Shown here in pieces: positions 58,898 to 64,000 of a DNA stretch of 64,000 nt. The notes below the pieces were generated by a model. That model did no database searches, was not told where the DNA came from, and saw only the letters and a program-made list of their open reading frames with translations. Source of the stretch: a bacterium (GTDB lineage Bacteria; Electryoneota; Electryoneia; Electryoneales; Electryoneaceae); NCBI GenBank assembly GCA_963669175.1, contig OY769902.1, positions 928,001-992,000 of the forward strand, in the 5' to 3' direction. Each line of letters begins with the position of its first letter. The stretch's first letter is position 1. Both the position numbers and the translations under genes were made by a program.

Positions 58898-60226
58898 CTA
58901 AAAGTGAAAGGTTGTTTTTGCCAGGAACATACCCCAGTATTCCTGCTGACCCTCAGGACTGAAATATAGCTGTGGGTTATAGACATAGGTTAATCCCCCA
59001 ATGCCGTCATGTCCCTGCACTTCCAGCTTGATCAGCCAGTGATCCGTAATGTCAAAACGTGTAGATAAACTGACATATTGATCATAGGCAAACCATCTCG
59101 GAAGACCAAGTTTCGCATATTCGTCGCCATCCGGGTCATCTGCGTTCTGGTAGTATTCAGAAAAATAAATATTCCAGGCAAATTTTGGCGTCACCTGGTG
59201 ATTGATCATAAAATATCCGCCATTGCTCTTCTGGATATCACCATTTTCTTCTGTCGGGTAGAAGGTGATGGACTCAAAGGTGAACGTAAAATTCCTGATC
59301 GAATATTCCAGTGTCGAACTGCCCATATTGACAATACCATTCCAATACATTCTTTCGTTGAACGAATAGATATCAAATCCCAATGGGGAAGAAGTGTTCG
59401 GAACATAGACCGATCCCAGGACACGAAAATCGCCCTTGGTCTTAAAACGGCTAAAACTATAATTGAGGCGAAGCCCGTCCAACGGAGTGTTCCAGGTTCC
59501 CGAAAGCCCCCAGGACCATGGAAAATAAGAATTGGCATGTGAATAACCATTTGATTCTGCGATTACCTGATCAACCGGGATACCATATCTCGCGGCGACG
59601 GCTTCAGCATATAGATCGGTGGCGTTCCAGGCCGTCATATAGTAAATATCCGCCCAGAAGTTGGATTCTGCATCAGAGACATTCATGGTTCCACCAGCGG
59701 CCTCATAGTCAAGCGTACCAAGTTTCCCCATGCAGACATTGCCATAGAGACCGACACCTTCATAGGCCAGCGTGAAATCGCGTTGGGTTTCAAGGTATAC
59801 GGATTGTGGTAGCAGAACCGGGGTACGCAGCATGTCTAAATCACGTCCAACATTATACATCCCCATGAACATCCGTAATTTCCCGGCACGCACCCCTATC
59901 CAATCTCGAATGCGATAGTCGGCAAAGGCCCAGTCGACATGGACTTCTCCATTTTCGCTGTCACCAAAGTCACGCCCCATTAACTGAATTCCGATATGAA
60001 TCTTTTCGGATGGTTGTATCATCAGGGAAATGGCCGCTTCAGTGAATTCAGGCGTTCCCTCTTTGGAATTATGTACCAGGTAATTATAATCGCTGGATTT
60101 CAGGTACCCCTGGCTGATGAAGCCATTGAGGTAAAGGTTGTCAAGAATATCCTGTCCCCACGCTCCACCTGCGATGACCATTACCAGGAAAAAACCTGTG
60201 AGCCGTTGATGCATGGCGTTGTCCAA
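58898..60226 (-). CDS. Outer-membrane beta-barrel (porin-like) protein
   Basis: Signal peptide, GFISQG, VDWAFADY, RAGK, alternating beta strands, C-terminal Phe (TTFHF). Confidence 0.78.
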   Translation of the reverse strand: MDNAMHQRLTGFFLVMVIAGGAWGQDILDNLYLNGFISQGYLKSSDYNYLVHNSKEGTPEFTEAAISLMIQPSEKIHIGIQLMGRDFGDSENGEVHVDWAFADYRIRDWIGVRAGKLRMFMGMYNVGRDLDMLRTPVLLPQSVYLETQRDFTLAYEGVGLYGNVCMGKLGTLDYEAAGGTMNVSDAESNFWADIYYMTAWNATDLYAEAVAARYGIPVDQVIAESNGYSHANSYFPWSWGLSGTWNTPLDGLRLNYSFSRFKTKGDFRVLGSVYVPNTSSPLGFDIYSFNERMYWNGIVNMGSSTLEYSIRNFTFTFESITFYPTEENGDIQKSNGGYFMINHQVTPKFAWNIYFSEYYQNADDPDGDEYAKLGLPRWFAYDQYVSLSTRFDITDHWLIKLEVQGHDGIGGLTYVYNPQLYFSPEGQQEYWGMFLAKTTFHF

Positions 60227-60567
60227 GTTGGTAACACGTGTACACTTTTACGATATTTCCGGCACTGCTTCTCTCAACCCAACAATTTAAGAGCCTATTC
60301 ACAGTATCGCTAATGTGAAACGGCCTCAATTGCATCTCTTTCTATTTAATCAATACGATAACAAGAACACATCTGGTTGTCCTGTGAGGTAGCCCGCTAT
60401 TGTCAAAACCTGAAACCGGTCACAGTCCCGATTCACTCGAAGTTGCGCCATGAACTGAAACAGCACAACAGTATCCATCTTGAGACTATAAAATCAGATG
60501 CATCACTTGTGAATCAGGCCACCCGACTAAAACTAAAAGTGTAACTCTTTGATATAATTACAATAAA

Positions 60568-60594
60568 CCCCGCCAGCAAGCTGGCGGGGCCAAA
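60568..60594 (-). repeat. REP variant (may also act as a terminator)
   Basis: CCCCGCCAGCAAGCTGGCGGGGCCAAA has the same GCAAGC loop and GGCCAA foot as the other REPs. Confidence 0.65.
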
Positions 60595-60673
60595 TGAATT
60601 CGGGAACAAAATCGAATGTTGTAGCATCATCCGATGGCGCATAAACATCACTAGTGGACCGGATCACTAGTTG

Positions 60674-61834
60674 TTATCCCAGCAATGTCCTCGCAATAAC
60701 CATACGCTGGATTTCACTGGTGCCTTCACCGATGGTGCAGATCTTGGCATCACGGAACATGCGCTCTACCGGATATTCACGGCTGTAACCATAGCCACCG
60801 TGAATCTGGATAGCATCGTTGGTCACGCTCATGGCGACTTCACTGGCGTAGGTCTTGGCCATGGATGCCTGACGGATGTAGTTCTTTCCTGCATCCTTCA
60901 GCTTCGCCGAGTGGTATACCAGGTGACGCGCTGCTTCAATGCCCATCGCCATGTCGGCAAGTTTGAACTGTATTGCCTGGAAAGCGCTGATCGGCTTGTT
61001 GAACTGGTAGCGTTCCTGGCTGTACCGAAGAGCTTCTTCGAATGCGCCCTGGGCAATACCCAGCGCCATCGCTGCAATGCTGATACGGCCACCATCCAGA
61101 ATGGTCAGGAACTGCTTGAAGCCTTCACCTGCTTTGCCGAGAATGTTCTCTTTCGGAATACGTGCGTTATCAAAGGAGAGGGCGACAGTATCACTGCCAC
61201 GAATTCCCATCTTGATTTCTTTCTTGGCAATTTCGTAACCGGGCGTTTCTTTCGGGACAATGAAAGAAGAGATACCCTTGGAGCCTTTTTCCTTATCGGT
61301 CACGGCTGTGGCAACCAGGGTTCCCGCGTAGGAAGCGTTGGTGATGTAGCACTTGGAGCCGTTGATGACCCACTCGTCTCCATCCAGCACGGCTGTAGTC
61401 TGTGTGCCGCCTGCATCGCTTCCGGCATTGGGCTCGGTCAGGCCAAAAGCGCCCAGGAAAGTGCCGTCACAAAGTTTCGGGATGTATTTCTGTTTCTGTT
61501 CTTCTGTGCCGAACATGACAAAGGGCTGAGTGCCCAGGGAAATGTGTGCGGCGAGGGTGATACCGGTTGAGGCGCAGACCCGGCTCAATTCCTCAACGGC
61601 GATGGCATAAGAAACAGTATCCATGCCACTACCGCCATATTCTTCAGGAATCGTGATGCCCAGCAGTCCCAACTCCGCCAGCTTGGGGATGATTTCTTCC
61701 GGGAAGCGTTCGTTTTCGTCAATTTCTGCGGCACGAGGTTTGACTTCACCTTCGGCGAAATCACGCACCATGTCTTTCACCATTTTCTGTTCTTCAGTCA
61801 GGAACATGTCGGTCTGGTCCATCGGGGTCTCCAT
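60674..61834 (-). CDS. Acyl-CoA dehydrogenase (short/branched-chain type)
   Basis: [46 protein letters not shown]. Confidence 0.95.
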   Translation of the reverse strand: METPMDQTDMFLTEEQKMVKDMVRDFAEGEVKPRAAEIDENERFPEEIIPKLAELGLLGITIPEEYGGSGMDTVSYAIAVEELSRVCASTGITLAAHISLGTQPFVMFGTEEQKQKYIPKLCDGTFLGAFGLTEPNAGSDAGGTQTTAVLDGDEWVINGSKCYITNASYAGTLVATAVTDKEKGSKGISSFIVPKETPGYEIAKKEIKMGIRGSDTVALSFDNARIPKENILGKAGEGFKQFLTILDGGRISIAAMALGIAQGAFEEALRYSQERYQFNKPISAFQAIQFKLADMAMGIEAARHLVYHSAKLKDAGKNYIRQASMAKTYASEVAMSVTNDAIQIHGGYGYSREYPVERMFRDAKICTIGEGTSEIQRMVIARTLLG

Positions 61835-62182
61835 CTGCTTGAGGATAAGGAAACGTGCAAACCTTCACATGATGCAACACCGTATAAAAAACGCTACTGG
61901 TAAGGAGATTGCAAGCGCAGCCGGGCTCCGGCTCCGGAGAAGCAATTTTTTCAATCCGGGCTTATAGTCTCTTGTTGCCAGTAAAGGGGACAGGATGATT
62001 GTCTCCGGAGGTACATTGCTTTTTAACTGGAAAAAGCTTTATTATTGACGCTCCCTTTTTGGAGGGTGGCCGGAAGCGCGAATACTGGCTCTCAGGAACT
62101 GGAAGTAATACGGGAGCGTTCAAGTTTGGTGCTGATATCTTGATGCCGGACACGTAAACCTTTAGGAAAGAAGGTGTGTAAT

Positions 62183-62365
62183 ATGGAGCGAATTTTTATC
62201 CCGCGCCAGAAACATCAGGGTGGAAAACAAACACGGGTGATCAAGAACACCGGTGAAGAGAAAAAGCGTTTGAACGACCTGCTGGAGTGGGTGCGTGAAA
62301 ACCGTAAAGGCGATCATTACCGGGAAATTGCCCGCCAGGCGAACAAACTGGACCAGGGCATGTAG
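62183..62365 (+). CDS. Small basic hypothetical protein (60 aa)
   Basis: AAGGTG SD, host-like codon usage, followed by a perfect hairpin. Confidence 0.5.
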   Translation: MERIFIPRQKHQGGKQTRVIKNTGEEKKRLNDLLEWVRENRKGDHYREIARQANKLDQGM

Positions 62366-62393
62366 CATTCACCTTGTTGCATCTATTGGGTTT

Positions 62394-62426
62394 CGAAAGG
62401 CCACATGTGTGGCCTTTCGCTGTTTT
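62394..62426 (+). terminator. Perfect 26-bp palindrome, probable terminator
   Basis: CGAAAGGCCACATGTGTGGCCTTTCG followed by CTGTTTT. Confidence 0.6.
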
Positions 62427-62671
62427 ACGAGGTTTTGCTCTGGAGACGGTTGAATCATCTTGTACCAGGCGTTGTTTTTTATTTCCTTTGCTCGTTCTTA
62501 CGGCCCGGTCACGCCGGGCCGTGTCTCGTTCCCTGTTAGACGGGTACGGACCGCGATTTTCGGATCAGATCGAAGCTTCTGAGGGACTTGGAGAGGCGAG
62601 AGCCGAGTTGACTCCCGCTTGGAAGTCCTCTATATTTGCAGGTCTGTAACATTTAACGATTGGGCAGTACC

Positions 62672-63100
62672 GTGAAAACGCCACATTTGAACAGAGATAC
62701 AGTGGAGCGTAACTGGTACGTGGTAGATGCCACTGACCAGGTGCTGGGTCGTCTGAGCACCCGAATCGCCACTGTTCTACGTGGAAAGCACAAAGCAACC
62801 TTCTCCAACCACGTTGATGGTGGGGATTTTGTGATTGTGCTGAACGCTGACAAGGTCAAATTGACCGGTAAGAAAGCGACTGACAAGTACTACTTCAAGC
62901 ACACGGGCTATCCGGGCGGTGGCAAGAAGGTGAAGATTACCGATGTCATGGCCAAGCAACCGGAACGCGTCGTGCGTCGGGCGGTTTGGGGCATGCTTCC
63001 CAAGGGACCATTGGGACGCAAGCAGATCCGCAAGCTGAAGATATATGTTGGCGGGGATCATCCCCACCAGGCGCAACAACCCGAACCCCTGCCGATGTGA
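62672..63100 (+). CDS. rplM: 50S ribosomal protein L13
   Basis: GTG start; WYVVDA..VLGRL, LRGKHK, HTGYPGG, GMLPK, HPHQAQQP. Confidence 0.98.
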   Translation: MKTPHLNRDTVERNWYVVDATDQVLGRLSTRIATVLRGKHKATFSNHVDGGDFVIVLNADKVKLTGKKATDKYYFKHTGYPGGGKKVKITDVMAKQPERVVRRAVWGMLPKGPLGRKQIRKLKIYVGGDHPHQAQQPEPLPM

Positions 63101-63108
63101 GGTGATTC

Positions 63109-63510
63109 ATGGCGAAGATTCCAGTAAATAGCGTATATGCGACCGGTCGGCGGAAAACATCCGTGGCGAAAGTGTGGTTGGCTCCGGGTAACGGCGATGT
63201 GAAAGTGAACGGGCACAGCCTGCTCGAGCATTTCAAGCGCCCGATTCTCCAGACCGTTATTGAACAGCCTCTTGCCGCTATTGAAGGCATTGGCAAGTAT
63301 GACATCTATGCAGTCTGCCGTGGTGGTGGTCTGACAGGTCAGGCCGGCGCCATGCGTCTCGGCATCAGCCGTGCGCTGGTTCAGATCGACGAAGAATTTC
63401 GTTCTGCCCTGCGCAAGCACGGTTTCCTGACACGCGACCCGAGAGAGGTCGAACGTAAGAAGTACGGTCAGCCGGGCGCCCGCAAGAAGTACCAGTTCTC
63501 GAAGCGTTAA
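63109..63510 (+). CDS. rpsI: 30S ribosomal protein S9
   Basis: TGRRKTSVA, GGG.TGQAGA, RDPREVERKKYG..ARKKYQFSKR. Confidence 0.98.
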   Translation: MAKIPVNSVYATGRRKTSVAKVWLAPGNGDVKVNGHSLLEHFKRPILQTVIEQPLAAIEGIGKYDIYAVCRGGGLTGQAGAMRLGISRALVQIDEEFRSALRKHGFLTRDPREVERKKYGQPGARKKYQFSKR

Positions 63511-63514
63511 AACA

Positions 63515-63557
63515 TGGATGCCGGTTCTCTGTATCCGGCGTCTATTTCTTGTTTTTA
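63515..63557 (+). terminator. Stem-loop after rpsI
   Basis: GGATGCCGG...CCGGCGTCT followed by a T-rich tract. Confidence 0.6.
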
Positions 63558-63559
63558 CG

Positions 63560-63776
63560 AGTGTAAATCGGGGGCAGATGCTCCCGATTTCTGCGATAGG
63601 TGGAGCGAAAATCGCTCCCGTAACCTGAACCGGCGGCCTGACCAGTCGCCGTACACGAGTCGCATGGGCCAAGGTGGAACCGATGGCAACGGGGGGCGCT
63701 ATAGCGTCCTGAGGTCAACAGACTTCCCGCTGCTTTCTACCTGCCACGGGGCCGAGTGCGACACAAAGGAGGCACT
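63560..63776 (+). promoter_or_regulatory. Structured rpsB 5' leader (putative S2 autoregulatory element)
   Basis: Several GC hairpins; GTCGCA...TGCGAC pairing closes just before the AAGGAGG SD; function inferred from position only. Confidence 0.4.
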
Positions 63777-64000
63777 ATGCCACGGATAACTGTGCAGCAG
63801 CTTATCCTCGCCGGAAGCCATTTCGGCCATCTTACCCGCCGTTGGAACCCGAAGATGAAATCGTTCATCTTCATGGAAAAGAACGGCATCTACATCATCG
63901 ACCTGAACAAAACCCAGAAACTTCTTGAGTACGCTTGCGACGAGATGTCCAAGATCGTCGAGAAGGGTGATTCCGTCCTCTTCGTCGGCACCAAGAAGCA
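63777..64000 (+). CDS. rpsB: 30S ribosomal protein S2 (partial)
   Basis: Hand translation: [46 protein letters not shown]...VLFVGTKK. Confidence 0.97.
   Translation, partial: MPRITVQQLILAGSHFGHLTRRWNPKMKSFIFMEKNGIYIIDLNKTQKLLEYACDEMSKIVEKGDSVLFVGTKK

Overview
A 64 kb chromosomal segment of roughly 50-55% GC (by eye) from a diderm bacterium, probably a non-Bacteroidota FCB-type lineage. That placement is an inference from five secreted proteins with 'PNPFN...GVYF' T9SS/FlgD-type C-terminal sorting domains, the rplM-rpsI-rpsB gene order, AddAB, lpxH and clear Shine-Dalgarno use. Core genes include lpxH-PBP1A, gap-pgk-tpiA-secG, two tRNAs, addAB, cca, tmk, an acyl-CoA dehydrogenase and rplM-rpsI-rpsB. 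Accessory genes include a PspC/LiaF-like operon, a DUF433-PIN toxin-antitoxin pair next to an AT-rich orphan nucleotidyl-cyclase-like gene, an MCP, an HD-GYP protein, a DHH-family protein lacking its catalytic motifs, and a porin / small periplasmic protein / sensor kinase / hybrid kinase operon. The most unusual signal is non-coding. About ten intergenic regions are built from a modular repeat set: (i) four-box elements (> < > <) forming twin imperfect hairpins with co-varying stems, near-fixed spacing and unrelated or swapped loops; (ii) GTRG/TTGG-footed REPs and REP doublets; (iii) three-hairpin inverted arms; and (iv) 8-9 bp periodic arrays, with the AGGAT arrays starting just after stop codons in the sense orientation. 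These modules nest inside each other and bracket one secreted-protein gene as direct repeats. No transposase, integrase or cas gene is visible in the window.
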